Positions 18,398 through 32,600 of a stretch of DNA of 64,000 bases are shown here, one piece after another. Under the pieces are notes generated by a model. That model ran no database searches, had not been told where the DNA came from, and was given only the letters and a program-made list of their open reading frames with translations. The stretch comes from the human T2T-CHM13v2.0 reference genome, Homo sapiens. Each line of letters begins with the position of its first letter. Position 1 is the stretch's first letter. The position numbers and the translations under genes are program-made. The stretch lies in the NCBI RefSeq assembly GCF_009914755.1, contig NC_060939.1; one strand, 5' to 3'.

Positions 18398-18915
18398 AAG
18401 TACAATATTTATCTATTGCCATGTAACAAATTACACCAAAACTTAGTGGCTCAAACAATAAATATTTATTATTTCACACAGCTTCTGTGTGTCAGGAATT
18501 TGGGAGTGGCTTACCTGGGTGGTTCTTACTCAGGGCTTCTCATGCAGTTACAGTCAAGATGTCATCGGAAGGCTTCACTGGGGCTAGAGGATTTGCTTCC
18601 AACATGGTGCACTCTAGCTTGGTGCTGGTTGTTGGCAGGAGGCCTCAGTTCCTTGACACATGGACCTTTCCACATAGTTGCTTGAGTCATGTTTACATGG
18701 CAGCTGGCTTTCCCCAGAAAGAGTGATTCAAGATAGCAATTCAGAGGCCAAAATGTTATGCATACTTTGCCTCAGAAGTCACACCCCATCATTTCTGCAC
18801 ATGCTGTTGGTTATACTGGTCAAACTATCCAATGGCAGGGGGCGGGGGGACGTGGGTAGTTGGGAGAAAAGGAGGCAAGGGTCACAGGAGGCCAACTTAG
18901 AGGCTGACCATCACA
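18398..18915 (-). mobile_element. MaLR solo LTR (MLT1F-like) inserted into an old L1M fragment (~18290-19200)
   Basis: 'tctattgccatgtaacaaattacaccaaaacttagtggctcaaacaa...gtcaggaatttgggagtggctta...ttagaggctgaccatcaca'. Confidence 0.8.
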
Positions 18916-20469
18916 CACATATACATCAAAAATTATATAATATTATGCATACTGTTGGTAACACGTTGTTTTCACTTACTAGTCCATCATTGTTCTGTCA
19001 GTCCTGTTTTACGTCATCATTTTTAATGGTTACATGATATTCTATTATATAGTATACTAAAATTTATTAAGTTCCATAATTTTGAACATTTAATTATTTC
19101 TAATCTTTTGTTTATAATGTATAGTACTGTGATGAGCATCCCCATATATTTATTCACACATGGCCCTTAAAATAAATTTAAAGGAAAGAAGTGTTGATAC
19201 ATAAGATAACTTATCCCATTTGTAAATCAACCCATAGAAACGACTGCATATTATTCCAAGATACTTGGCCTTTAAAATTATCATTTTTAAAAAGCTCAAA
19301 GTGGATTAAAAAAAAATTAGCTTCTATTAGAGGTTTCAAATTAATTTTAAAATGTTAACAAGAGCTTAAGGCACACTACCAAAACATGCAAAGGCGCTTG
19401 TTTTCTGTTTTATGGTGACAATTAATGAGCAACTTTTTGTTAACTATTTATTTGGAGATGTTGTTAGATCTAGTTTGAACCCCCGCTTTTTTTTCATTGC
19501 AAATGTATCTCTAAGAAGTAGATTTTTCCAATGCTTTGACTGTTTGCCATGACATTCTAATTCTTTACATGGTGATTGAGAATATCAAGATGTAGAAATG
19601 GATTATTAAAAGAAGCACTCCTCCAGGCTGTTGTCAGCTTCTTGTCTCACAGATCAGGTGGTAAAGCACTAAGAACCTTGATTTAGATAAATTTTGAATT
19701 TATTACAAACCTGATGAACTTATTTTTTGTCAATTCAAAAGTGTACAAAAGATCTCAAAACTTCAATCAAGTACATTCTCAAAGAGATTTTTGACGCATA
19801 AGCCCAGAAAGGAAAAACTGAAGTCTCTATCACACCTCTGCCATATTTATTCATCTAGTTAACATTTTGCCAAGTGGATTTAGGTCCACTTAAGAAACTG
19901 TAAATAAATGTTGATACATCATAACAGAAGTTATAACTCACATTCTAAGTAAACCACTGACTCTAATTTACTCACAATTTTGCAGTGGCCTCATTCCATG
20001 GAGAAAATTAGATTTTTACATATCATAGCAAATCACAAAGCCAAAATGTCAACTTCATCTATCAGGCAATTACTTGTAGTGTTTATTTTGGGGGGAATTT
20101 TCTACATATATTTGCTTAGAAAGCTGCACGGGTCCTCCAAAATAAATAAGAGCTATAATTCTTGCCAAAAAATCCACAGTTCCAGAGAGCTACTCATCAA
20201 TTTCTAGCAGTATTAATGAGGAAAGACACTGAGACAGTCATTCATACTGTCTTTATGATAAGAGTAACCTACAGGGCAAATCAAGATTAAGGACAAGGGC
20301 AAGATAAATGGTTTGGAAGACTCTCTCTGTGTTTCTTAATCAATCATTTGAATCTGCATTAACCACCTGAAGTCCCCATGGAGCTCTAGAAGCTTCAGGG
20401 AGGAGTGAGAATTGGTACTGAAGACATCCCCAAAACATTTTTAAGGTGAGAATAGTCTCTTTGTAGATA

Positions 20470-20668
20470 CAGCAGGATCTCATGTTCCCACACTGAGAGG
20501 AAGATTCATTTGGGGTTGGGTAATTCTTTGCTGTGGGGGTGTTCCTATGCACTGTGGGATGCCTAGCAGCATACCTGGTACTCTTCCCAGTTGTGACAAC
20601 CAAAAATGTCTCTCTATATTGCCAAATATCTCCTGGGGAGCAAAATTGCCCCTAGGTGAAGACATCTG
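20470..20668. mobile_element. MER20 hAT-Charlie MITE
   Basis: 'taattctttgctgtggggg...gcactgtgggatgcctagcagcat...cccagttgtgacaaccaaaaatgtctc...attgccaaat...gcaaaattgcccc'. Confidence 0.85.
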
Positions 20669-20730
20669 CCTTAATAGAAGGATGAACTTCTCTCTTATAC
20701 ACCTCACTTTTAATGGCCTCATGATGTATC

Positions 20731-21039
20731 TTTTTTTTTTTTTTTTTTTTTTTTTTGAGATGGAGTCTCACTCTGTCCCCCCCAGGCTGGAATGCAGTGG
20801 CCCAATCTCGGCTCACTGAAAGCTCTGCCTCCCAGGTTCACATCATTCTCCTGCCTCAGCCTCGCGAGTAGCTGGGACTACAGGTGCCCGCCACCATGCC
20901 CGGCTAATTTTTTGTATTTTTAGTAGAGACTGGGTTTCACCGTGTTAGCCAGGATGGTCTTGGTCTCCTGACCTGGTGATCCACCGGCCTTGGCCTCCCA
21001 AAGTGCTGAAATTACAGTCGTGAGCCACTGCACCCGGCC
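20731..21039 (-). mobile_element. AluY element
   Basis: Antisense Alu with 'ccgtgttagccaggatggtct', long poly-T, TSD core tatcttt. Confidence 0.95.
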
Positions 21040-23123
21040 GTATTATCTTTCAAATGGCATCAAGGCAGGGACCATCCCCCAGGTTGGAAAACATGACAGG
21101 GATCTACCTGAGAAATCTGGAACGCCTTGGTAGGATTTCCCCAGGATGTGTGTTTTTCACTTTGCTGCTACCAGGTTCCACAGGTAGTGGCTGATTTCCA
21201 GTCACCAGCTGACAGGATCCTGCCTAGGCAAGGACAGGGTAGGTTCATTTGGGTGGGTCCATCTCAATTAGCCACATAGCAATCATAAGCCTTTGCTCAT
21301 TTTTCTTATGATCTGAGGCTTCATTTCAAAGAGGTAGATTTCAAAATGATAAATTAAAGGGAATAAAATAACCTTAAATAAAAAGTATTTCTGCCTTGCC
21401 AGTGTGCAAGAAATGGCTCATAGTTAGAATCTCCCAAGGTGGCCTCTGTACATGACCTTGGGCAAGAGACGTTAAAAAAAATGTTAGCAGGAGCAAAGAT
21501 CAGTTTTCCTCTTAAACAACAGAAAATAATTAAAAAGAGACCAAGGGCTTATTAACTTTTCCTCCTGGCAATATGGATTTCTTTCTTATCTGCCCAAACT
21601 GCTCTCCTTCTGCCTTCTACAGGCCAGCACAGAAAAGATTCCTAACAATTCAGAAAAAAAAGGGGACTAAGCTATTAAAATGCAGCACTAAGCCTTGAAG
21701 TTTCTGTTGACCTAGAAGGTGGACGTAATTGATAACATTTCGTAATCCGTTTCCTGTATATTTGACCCAATTGAGAAAAAACTCATTTTAAAAGAGGAAA
21801 GTAGATTCAACTGGATTTCGTTTGGAATTCTTGCATCTCTAGCCTTGATGTCACAGCTTGTTCTTTTCCTTTCCTCACTCTTGATACCCACCAGCTGCCA
21901 CTGATAGCCCAGAGCCTCCAAAAGCCCCATCTGCGCCACTGTGAGCAGGAAATGAGACACGACCTTCCACAAACCATTCTGCAGAGCAGCAGACATCCTA
22001 AAGAGTTCAGGCTTCCCATCATCCCAAATGTAGCCCTCCTAACCGCCTGTTGACCGTGCAGGTTGCCTTTGGGAGGCTGACCAGTCACATCAGGGATGGG
22101 TAGAATTCCCTCTACCTGGTTCTAGAAATTTTCCTCTAGGCCCTCGCTCATTCTGTCTCTCTGCCAGATTCTCATTAGCCAAAGAAGAAGTAAAAACTTC
22201 CTTCCAGACTTCATCTTCTGATCCAGCCAGATGGTAGATAAATAAATAACACAGCAAAGAGGAAAAACATACCTGCTTTTGCTTAATAAAATACTGATAG
22301 TATATGCTGTTGTCACAGGAAATATTCAGATGGCAACAGCAGACGAACAGGCACAATGTGATGGAAGAAGGCCTGGAAGGCAGGGCTTCCATTCTTAGCC
22401 TCTGATTTTCATTGCACAGAAGACTGGAGGGAGTTAGGAGGGCTTTGGGAGCTCAGGAGAAGTCAAGTAAACTTAAGGCATTAAACCCAAGTAAAAGTAG
22501 TTCCATCCTCTTGGATGACATTGGTTTGGTATTCTCTAGAGTGACTGCCTGGAAGCGAAATTCAAAATGTGGAAGTTTTGCTTGAATGGAGTCATAGAAT
22601 CCTAACTCCTGCTGTGCAGATCCTTCTTACAAGAAATACCAAGTCATCCTCTCAGAAATTTCTGCTTGAGTTTGGTACCAGAAAAACATATATGTCTGTT
22701 ATGAATTTGAATAGTTTCTATGTCAGGAAAAGAAAACCACCCGTGTGAAGAAATGTTTCCTCTTTTGCCTGAGCTGCCAGGAAACATGAAGCCCAAATCA
22801 GTACCCAACTGTCAGAACACCATTGTCCCAGGTGTGGGGCAGAGGAGAGACAGGGGAGGGGTAGGAGGGCAGCCACTGGATGTGCTTCCCTTAGATAATC
22901 TCTGTTTTGATATTGTTCTTATTTGCATGAGACTTGTAAAAGTCTCAGATAATTTTGGAAGTATCTAGGACTCAAAATCCAACCTAAACAATAAATAACA
23001 ACTTTGTAAACCCTTTAGAATTTTATTTACGTATAAAGAAGCTCCCAGCTAGTCACAAGTCCTTTTCATTGATTCATCCAGGCAAGCCACCTAAAGTAAT
23101 TTTGCTTGACAGTGTTGTGTCAC

Positions 23124-23220
23124 TTTAGTGGTCAGGATTCTTCAGAGAAACACGATAGATAGAGAAATAGGTAGATAAAGTAGGTAGGTAGGTAGGTAGG
23201 TAGGTAGGTAGATAGATACG

Positions 23221-23267
<47 letters not shown>

Positions 23268-23709
23268 ATTTATTATAAGATATTGGCTCACACATTTAAG
23301 GAGGCTAAGTCTCACAATATGTCCACTGTAAGCTGAAGACCCAGAAAAACTGGTAGTATAGCTGTAAGGCCTGAGAGCTGGTAGGCCAATGATGTAGATT
23401 CCAGTCCAAGATGGAAGGCATGAAAACCAGGAGCTCTGTGTGCAGGAGAAGAGTGACATCCCAGCTCAAGAGTTTGACAGAGAAAGAGCAAATCTTCCCT
23501 TCCTACATTGTTTTGTTCTATCCAGAGCTTCAACAGATCGGATGAGGCCCACCCACACTGGGGAGGGCCATCTGCTTTACTCAGTCCACCAATCCAAATG
23601 CTAATCTCTTCTGGAAACCCCCTCACAGACATACCCAGAGAAAATGCTTAATGAGATGCCTGGGCATCCTGTGATCCAGTCGACTTGACACATAAAATTG
23701 CCTATCACA
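23124..23709 (-). mobile_element. ERVL solo LTR (MLT2B-like)
   Basis: 'gtcaggattcttcagagaaaca...ttgacacataaaattgcctatcaca'. Probable 5-bp TSD gtcac/gccac at 23119-23123 and 23710-23714. Confidence 0.88.
23179..23266. repeat. Compound (TAGG)n(TAGA)n microsatellite within the MLT2 LTR
   Basis: Directly visible tandem repeat. Confidence 0.97.
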
Positions 23710-23779
23710 GCCACTCTAGTTCAAGTTACTGAAAACATTTATATTTTTATTTCTCTTTTTGCTTCTTTTCTCTACTTCC

Positions 23780-24075
23780 TTCAGTAAATATTATATGTGT
23801 CATATACCTACAGAGTGGCAGGTCTTGTGCTACCCATCAGAGAACAGACGTGAGCAGAATTAGATGGGGACTTAATCTGGGGAGCTTAGAGCAAAGATGG
23901 GAAAAGAAGAATAATCAAATAACCTCCCAAATGAAAGAGGAAAAGCACAATGCTAATACATGCTGCAAATAATGGATGTATGGTACCATCAGAGTACAAA
24001 ATAGGGGGCTTTGTCATAGGGTAGACAATCAAGGAACGCTTCCCTGGGGAAATGATGACTGAGCTAAAGGATGAC
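23780..24075 (-). mobile_element. L2 fragment
   Basis: 'tcagtaaatatt...tacctac...caggtcttgtgcta...ggagcttaga...caaggaacgcttccctggggaaatga'. Confidence 0.55.
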
Positions 24076-24573
24076 TCTTCTAAAGGAAGAGAAAAAGTTC
24101 GCTAATAATGAAAAAAAATTATACAGCATTTTCAGACCATAAAATATTCTAAATGCATTATCGTACTTAATCCTCACTCATAATTTAACTCATATTTATT
24201 CAGCCTTTATCACATGGCAGAGGAAGGGTGGCATTGAGATCTTCCTTTGAAAGAGAGAGACTGGCAGCATGACAGGGTAAGGGACCTAGCAGAGAATCAG
24301 AGTAATTAATAAGGACCGGAATTTTGATATTTCTACAAATGTCTTAGCGGCATTATGGCTAACACTATACTAATGTCACGGAAATATGAAGGAAACAGCC
24401 TCTCAGATGTTCATCAATTTCTGCCAGTTCTTTAGGTACTTTGGAGCCATGTTTACTCATGTACGTTCCATTATCAGGATCATTGAAGATTAATACTAGA
24501 AGAATCCTTTGAATCCCTTCATCTTACACATGGCGAGGAAACCAAATCACTACATCACTTTTTAATATGCTAC

Positions 24574-24738
24574 AGACTAGGCACAGTGGCTCACTCCTAT
24601 AATCCAGCACTCTGGGAGGCCGAGGTAAGAGGATTGCTTGAGGCTGGGAGCTCAAGACTAGCCTGGGCAACATAGTGAGACACTGTCTCAAAAAAAAAAA
24701 AAAAAAAAAAGAAAGAAATTAAAACAAACAAAAAAAAA
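24574..24738 (+). mobile_element. FLAM (free left Alu monomer)
   Basis: Single monomer ending 'gtgagacactgtctc' plus a long A-rich tail. Confidence 0.88.
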
Positions 24739-25579
24739 GCACGCTACCATTCAGACTTGTCACTAAATCAGCTCTTTTTCCAAGTTTGTCCAAGTTAAGG
24801 ACTTTTTATTGCACCATGGATCAAAGTTCAAACATCATCCTCAGCAAATCCTGAAGATCAAATTCTACATATCGGCTTACTAATTGGACAAGTGCAACTT
24901 CTGCCCACCAAACCAGCACCTTGGAGGAATTTGAGCGTGGCACTTAGGCAACATAAGCAGAAAGCTCAGTAGCAGAGCATTTGGTTCTGTGGCTACTTCC
25001 CTGGGATAAAGGGGAACCAGTGCTTGCACGGCAGATAGAGCCAGGCTCTTTTCTAATACAATCCCAACATTTCTCTCACAAGGGAGAAATATGTGTTAGG
25101 GTCAAATAACCCAGAGACAGGATTGATTTTTCTGATTGTAATGGAGGCCTCAATGATCACACTATTTATTGGGCTATACCTGATCCCTAGGTACGACCTG
25201 TCTTCCTGTATTTCTGTACTCACCAATCTGAGTCTGAACTTAAATCAGACCAAATCAAGGAGGAATCATTCATATTTGAGGCAGACTTTTTATTTCTATA
25301 AATCTTAAAGGTTATCTTCTTGAGGCTGGGTCCCCAGCTGTCATATAAAAAGATAAAAGATAATGTACCAAAATAATCTGATCTTTGACAAGTGAGATTA
25401 TCAAAGATTATCAGTCTCAGAACAAGTGCTTGGGTTTATTTTTTATGTGGCCATGTGTGATCTAAAGTTAAAAATAATACAAGTGGATTCAAATTCATGG
25501 CTAATTGTACATCAAAATGAACTCACTACAGAGTCATTTAAAGCATAAAAATATAGAACTGTTAAGAATTCAACTTATT

Positions 25580-25881
<302 letters not shown>

Positions 25882-25939
25882 TTATTAACCTAAGAAATAA
25901 GAAGAGCGGAAAAGGGGAAAAACAAATAATTATTGAAGT

Positions 25940-26200
25940 ACCTACAACAATCCAATGAAATAGTTATTCTCATTTTCAGTTGAAGAAATTGAGTTTGAGA
26001 GAAATTAAGTAATATATTTCCTAGACCCCAAACTTCTTAAAGGCAAGAGCAATAATCTTATTTATTTGTCTATCAGCCAGCTCCACATCTTCACACAGCA
26101 ATTGCTCCATAAATGTTTCATGATAGAGTAAACTGGCAGAACTACGGCTTGGACATGGATCGATGTGACTCCAAATCCCAGGTTCTTGCTGGTCATGCTG
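25940..26200 (-). mobile_element. MIR apparently split by an L2 3'-end fragment (~26020-26125)
   Basis: 'attctcattttcagttgaagaaattgagtttgagagaaattaagtaa' ... 'tggcagaactacggcttgg...gtgactccaaatccca' flank an L2-tail-like insert. Confidence 0.5.
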
Positions 26201-26249
26201 CTTCTACAGCTACAGCAGCGAGAAAACACTGTTGAAATTCAGCTACAGA

Positions 26250-26587
<338 letters not shown>

Positions 26588-27303
26588 TCAAAAAACAGCT
26601 TTCTGATTTTCTCAATTAGACTTCATAAACATTTATTGAGCATCACTGTGTGCTTAGTGTCGTGCCACACATCATGGGAGGCACACAAACTGTGGAAGGC
26701 ATGGTGTTTACGTTGGAAGACTTTCCATGCTAGCTGATGAAAAAATTCCTGATGATTTATAGATGAGTCAGAGAAGCACTTAAAGGAAATGTACAAGCAC
26801 ATGTAAGGCGGCCAAACTACACAAAGGAATGTTGAGCTAAATAAAAGAAAGAAACAAACTCTTGTGGGGCTAAGTATGGAACAAGTGGAGTCTTGAACCT
26901 GGACCTCTTGGGAAGGGTGGGAAGGACAGAGGGCACTGCAGCTGGAAAAGTGTTTGAGTGATGGTGGGTGAGTGGGAGGGGGAAGCTCTGGTCTGCTGAG
27001 GTCAGATTCTTACTTCAGGGCAACAATTTTGAATCAGAAAGGGAGAACCGAAGGTTTGTTGCCGGGGGCCTTGAAGCAGCTTGAGGCAGTTGGGATCAAC
27101 CTGACAAGTTCTCGTATATTGTCAAAGGAGCTTGCAGGCATAGTTGCAGAAGATGGCTGTGGGAGTATCACGCCAAATAGAAATCCAGAAAACGGTAGAG
27201 CCAAGAAAACACAAAGTTTGGGATGACAGCATAGGGAAAATTGATCCATGACAAATTTCTTCAGAGAACTTTGGTGACTGCCACTCATACAGGTTGGTCT
27301 TTC

Positions 27304-27350
27304 ATATATATATATATTTATATATATATGTGTGTGTATGTGTTTATGTG
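27304..27350. repeat. (AT)n/(GT)n microsatellite adjoining an Alu tail
   Basis: Directly visible. Confidence 0.9.
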
Positions 27351-27673
27351 TTTTTTTTTGTTTTTGTTTTTGTTTTTTTTTTTTAGTACACGGTCTCACT
27401 CTGTCACCCAGGCTGGAGTGCAGTGGCGCAATTCAGCTACTATGGCTCACTGCAGCCTGAACCTTTTGGATTCAGGTGATCCTCATACCTCAGCTTCCTG
27501 AGTAGCTGGGACTACAGGCATTTGCCACCATCCCTGGCTAACTTTTGTATTTTTTGTAGAGGTAGGGTTTTGCCACATTGTCCAGGCTGGTCACAAACTC
27601 CTGGGCTCAAGCAATCCACCCACCTCTGCCTCCCAAAGTGCTAGGGTAACAGATGTGAGCTGCCAACCCCAGC
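27351..27673 (-). mobile_element. AluJ element
   Basis: Antisense Alu with J-type 'ggctcactgcagcc' and 'ctcctgggctcaagcaatcc'. Confidence 0.92.
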
Positions 27674-27849
27674 ATCTTTTAGATATTTTATATTGACTTA
27701 CAAATGTTTTGGTAACATGAAGACAGTATCATACCTTGTTAGGTCAGAAACATAAGGGAAAACAGCTTTCCAAGCAATTCAGTCCATTTCCTCTGCCTTT
27801 TGCAGTTCTTGGGAGTATTACATGCATAGCTAGTTCATATTCTCATAAT

Positions 27850-27980
27850 TATAGAATGTTAGAAATAGAAGAGATCTCAGAAACCATCAGTCCAATCCCC
27901 ATATTTAGAAAATAAGACAACCTTAACCCAGAAAGGTTTTGTGCCCCTCCAAGATCACACAGCTAGTTAGCAGCCACTAC
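27850..27980 (-). mobile_element. MIR fragment
   Basis: 'tagaatgttagaaatagaagagatctcagaaaccatcagtccaatcccc...ccaagatcacacagctagttag'. Confidence 0.65.
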
Positions 27981-29227
27981 ATTTTATTCCCCGGGCCAGG
28001 GTAACAATTGCTCAGTATTGTTCCATAATCTGAGTTCAGTTTAGTAAATAACATTGGCCCTTAAACAGACATATGGAGCACTGCACCATAACTCTGTTGT
28101 CACAAACTTTCTTCCTCTCCTAATGTTTGATCTCCATTTTCCCTTTTTATTAAAATTTAGAGGTTGAGGATTACATCTTATTCATTCCTGCACATCAGCA
28201 CTTAGCATCATGTCTGGCACATAGCAGGTATGCAATACATTTTCGTTGAGTTGACCTGAATTTGAATCACTGATTTTCATGCCCGTGCTCTCAGGGGCTT
28301 TGGTGACTTACTTCATTTTTTAAAATAAAAGAATTATCAGATCATTGAACTGGAAGGGACCATAGAGATTAACTCTTGCTCTACAAGTGAAGATGACAAA
28401 GCCCAAGGAAGGTAAAAAGATGTATCCCAAAGACAGCACTCATGCTGGGTTCCAGACCCTCTTTTCCAGATTACATGATTTGCTCTTTGGTAGAAAGTAT
28501 TATATTTTTTCAATATTTGCATGTTGGACAGATTCTAGAATATCAGCTTTTTAAGGGGAACAAAAATCTACAGAGTATCTTGTGCTCTTCTATGAAACTT
28601 ACTGCCAGTAAGTAGGATAATAAACGTCTTAGATGGCCAAATGATTCTGTGACAAATGATTTCAGGGAAGAATTTCCCACTGAGCATGGGCTTGAGCTCA
28701 CTTTGAAAACATTCCATTAGTAGGAAAAACTGACTCTCAGAGAGGCAGTGAAATCAAAGCTGGAAAAAGCCAAGACAACTGGGGCCCCAGAGTTAGATGT
28801 GGGTCCAATACTGTACAGATCAATTGCTCTAGTCTATGCTTCAGCCAACAATAATAGCCCTACCCTGACCCCCTGCTTACTTCCTGCTAACTTGTGACCT
28901 AGGAGAACCAAGTGTGAGCATGAGACCAGCGTAGGCCAACCTATCACTGGAACTGGGAAACAACACTCCCCCATGTCTGGCTGCATGTGGCCAGAGCATC
29001 CTCTCCTAACACAAAGGGCTGGCCATTAATCCTTCCCGAGTGGAAGGTCAAACAGAGGCTGCCCTGCAACGCTCTGCTGGTTTCATTCAAGCTCTTCATG
29101 GCTGTGGCCCTAAAACTCTCTTCGCACTGACAATGTCTGGTGGAGGAGTCATGGGCTGAAGTGGTTCTAGAAGCCACTTGGTCAATGACAGGGCACTCAC
29201 AGGAAGTTTGGCTCTTAACTTGGAGGC

Positions 29228-29610
29228 TATATTAGTCTGCTAGGGCTGTCATAACAAAATAGCACAGATCGTGTGGTTTTAAACTACAGACATTTATTTT
29301 CTCACAGTTCTGGTGGCTGGAAGTCCAAGATCAAGGGGTCGGCAGGTTTGATTTCTCCTGAGGCCTCTCTCCTTGGCTTGCAGATGGCCACCTTTTTGCT
29401 GTGTCCTCCCATGGCCTTTTCTCTGGGTGTGCGCATCCCTGGTGTCTCTTCCTCTTCTCATGAGCACACTAGTCATATTGGCTCAGGGCTCCACCTTTAT
29501 GATTTCCTTTCACCTCAATTATCTCTTTCAAGGCCCTATCTCCAAATACCATCACATTGAGAGTTAGGGTTTACCTATGAATTTGGGGGTACAGAATCCA
29601 GTCCATAACA
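29228..29610 (-). mobile_element. MaLR solo LTR (MLT1A-like)
   Basis: 'tatattagtctgctagggctgtcataacaaaat...tctcacagttctggtggctggaagtccaagatcaagg...cagtccataaca'. TSD gaggc/gaggg. Confidence 0.9.
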
Positions 29611-32600
29611 GAGGGAAGCCAGCCTCTCCACTTTGCAATCACTGGTGTGTCTCTTCTTACTACTACTTAATTTTCATTGGTCTTTTCTCAAAGAGACATT
29701 TGTGATTGATTTAGAAAGCCATGGAAAGAAATCATCTGCTAGTTGAGTTCTTAAGTAAAGCTGTTAAAACTGCAATTAAAAGGGAGAAAACATAAAAAAG
29801 AAATCACCTTTCCAGAAAGAATAAAACAGTATTTGTGTTACACTCTGCAAGGTCAGGGGCATAAACACACAAACACGTGAAGGGGAAGAAGCCAGGAAGT
29901 TCTCTTAACAGAAGTGAGCAACTTTGCTGGCAGGCTGTTGAGAGCAAGCCTTGTCTGCCTGATTTACACAGGTACAGAGAGAATGGTCTGGAGGCTGCGG
30001 GCCTGCTCAGCCAAACGCCCATGTGTGCATGAAATTAGAATGTCAACATTTGATTCATGCTGCCAAGCTGTGACTGTGAAACAAATTATGTCAGTGGGTG
30101 GCAACTGCAATATTAGTCTAAGCAGATAACATTTAACTATAAAAAGGGGCCCAGTCTTCCAGCCTTCTCTCTTTTATTATTTTAAGATCAACATTGTTAG
30201 ACCTAGATGGGATAAAATTTTGAGACAAAGGAAGATGTTTTATGTGGAGGCATGGGTACTTTAGGCCAGAACACATTGCAATTCAAGAGATGTTTGCACC
30301 TAACCATCTTGTTGAAATCTAGCAGTCGGGTAATGGCAATGATGATTTTTACAAACAACCACCACCCACTCAAATGAGTTCAAAGTAGATGACTGTGTCA
30401 TTTGTGGGATAAACAAACCGCAATTAAATAATCTGCTTCTTATAAAGAAAGCCTTTGATTCCTAAGCAGAAGCTAGTAACTTTGTCCTTAAATGCATTTC
30501 AGTAAAGGAAGTGGCCGATACCTTGAAAGAGACAGTGAACAAATTCTTCCAACTAATTTCCTGGGTTCCACGCAAAGTAATTTCTCCAGAGTGAGGTCTG
30601 TACAGATGTTTGTGTTGAAACCTGTTATTTTCTACTCAGCTGACTTAAGCTGGTGCCTGTTGAAAATAAATTTTAAATTAATATGCCGTTAAAATTTGCT
30701 GAGGGACTTCATGTAAAAAGTAGGGGTTTGGTCGGTGTGTATTTTTTCTTTAAGACTTTCTTGGTGAAGCTACGCCTGCCTACAACTTAAACTTGACCTA
30801 CGAGATGACGGTTTTCCCATGAAATGAAGCGCACATCTATCTCCATTTGAGGCCCACTTCTTTAACCAGCAATATGGCAAAACATCAGTTTGAAGTTTTA
30901 TTCCATTACAAACACCCATGTAGTTAAAGTTAATGCTGTGAAAAATCCAACTTGTAGCAGTGAACTGTTTATAGAAGGAGCATTCACTTAGCAGTTAAGC
31001 CAGGCCAAGACAACACCACAGGATTCATGTGCAGAGAGGCTATGGAGAGCTTTTTGGGGGAAGGGACACAGCAAGAGATGAGTGTCGCTTAAAAAACTGT
31101 TGACTAGTTTAAAACAGTTTTACTTCTGAAAATGAAGATACCCTCGCATCTCCTCATGGTTAAACATGAATACCCCTTTGGACTCACTGCGTAGAATGAT
31201 GATCTCCATTTTCTCCTGCTATTGTTCTCATATCCCCACTCATAGGTAACTATGTTCAAAACTTTGTAATTGCAATTTTCCTCTTATGAAAGCACAGAGT
31301 AAAGGCCCAAGGGTTTTGTCAAAGAGGAAGCATTCGTAGAATATGGTTCTCTTAAACAGCATTCCTATTTGATGAAGAGGACTGTGGAGAGAGAAAACTT
31401 TAAAATTCACCAGTAAATCTTTTGGCGCTATCATTTTTTATTCCAGTTCCCTTATACCAGACAAAAGCAACACCATAGCAAGATCATCAGTAGGTTGATT
31501 TTGGAATTGCTTATCTTGTTGAATAGGGCATATTTCTCAAGACATTAATAAGTAGTTCTTCTCTTTAAAGCTGGGTGTAGTAGGCTATAAACTCACAAAG
31601 GAGCAAAACAGATTTCTCAAAACTAGACATTGTAGGGCAGCAAGCCCAGAATTTCTATTTTGTCTCCAGTACATGGTTGATGAAGGTGGGCATGTAACCC
31701 CACTGATCTGGTTTTTGCCTACATGTAAAATCCCTGAGCTGAAACATTCTCATTGTCTGAGGTGTTTGTGAAAAACGGCGTCCGTGGAAGCCCTCTGAAA
31801 CAGATCATTATAAAAGGGAGAGGTGTGAGGTAAAATGCCTGTCTGACCCACCAGTCTGGTCTATTGCTTCAGCCATGGCTATTGATGCAGAAATGAGCTC
31901 TACTGCTGCCTCTCAGGCAAGAATTTCCACTTTGAAATTTCATTCATTCTGAAAACACCCCTTGGTTAGGCCATATTTCCTTTTCATTCAGTTGATGTCA
32001 GAGCCTGCCAGCCACTTTAAAGCCTTAACCTCTTCACAATCATATAACACATTCTGCCGTTTATTTCAAAAACAATTCACAGACCGAAGGGAATATTTTC
32101 TCTCTATGGGGACATTGCAGGCTTGTAACTTCTCCATCCTCTGAAAACCATAGAAGAAAGTTGGCATTATCACCCGCAGTTAACTGTCAAATGCATTTAA
32201 TGCTTTATCAGGAGAACTAGGGACAAAACTGTTCTCATCACACCATGTCAGGAAAGTAAATTGGGGTTCTCCACCATGTAGGAAATTTACTTTATTCCTT
32301 CAGTCAGAGATGTAAAAATTAGGAGATCAGAGAATGGAATAAACAATATTTTGATGTAAACAGATGATCAACATGAGAGGAATGACCGTCTGGTCACCCG
32401 GGGGGTTTATTCAGTTAACACTTCCACCCCTTAAAGACAATGGCGTGCAATCAATGCATATAGGGCCTTTCAGGCCCGTTGCTAAGTGATACGCAGTGTC
32501 AACAGAAAAATGCCGGATGTACAGAGGACTGCTCCAGGCCCAGGAGAGATCAACACCCTCTGATGATATTTTAAACTTAATTCAGTTCCCGATGAAGATT

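Noticed and set aside
15578-23709. Two same-orientation MLT2 LTRs ~7 kb apart as the ends of a HERV-L provirus
   Set aside because: The intervening DNA has no gag/pol-like sequence and holds unrelated old repeats (MLT1, L1M, MER20). The LTRs are clearly diverged from each other, and the second has its own probable TSD.
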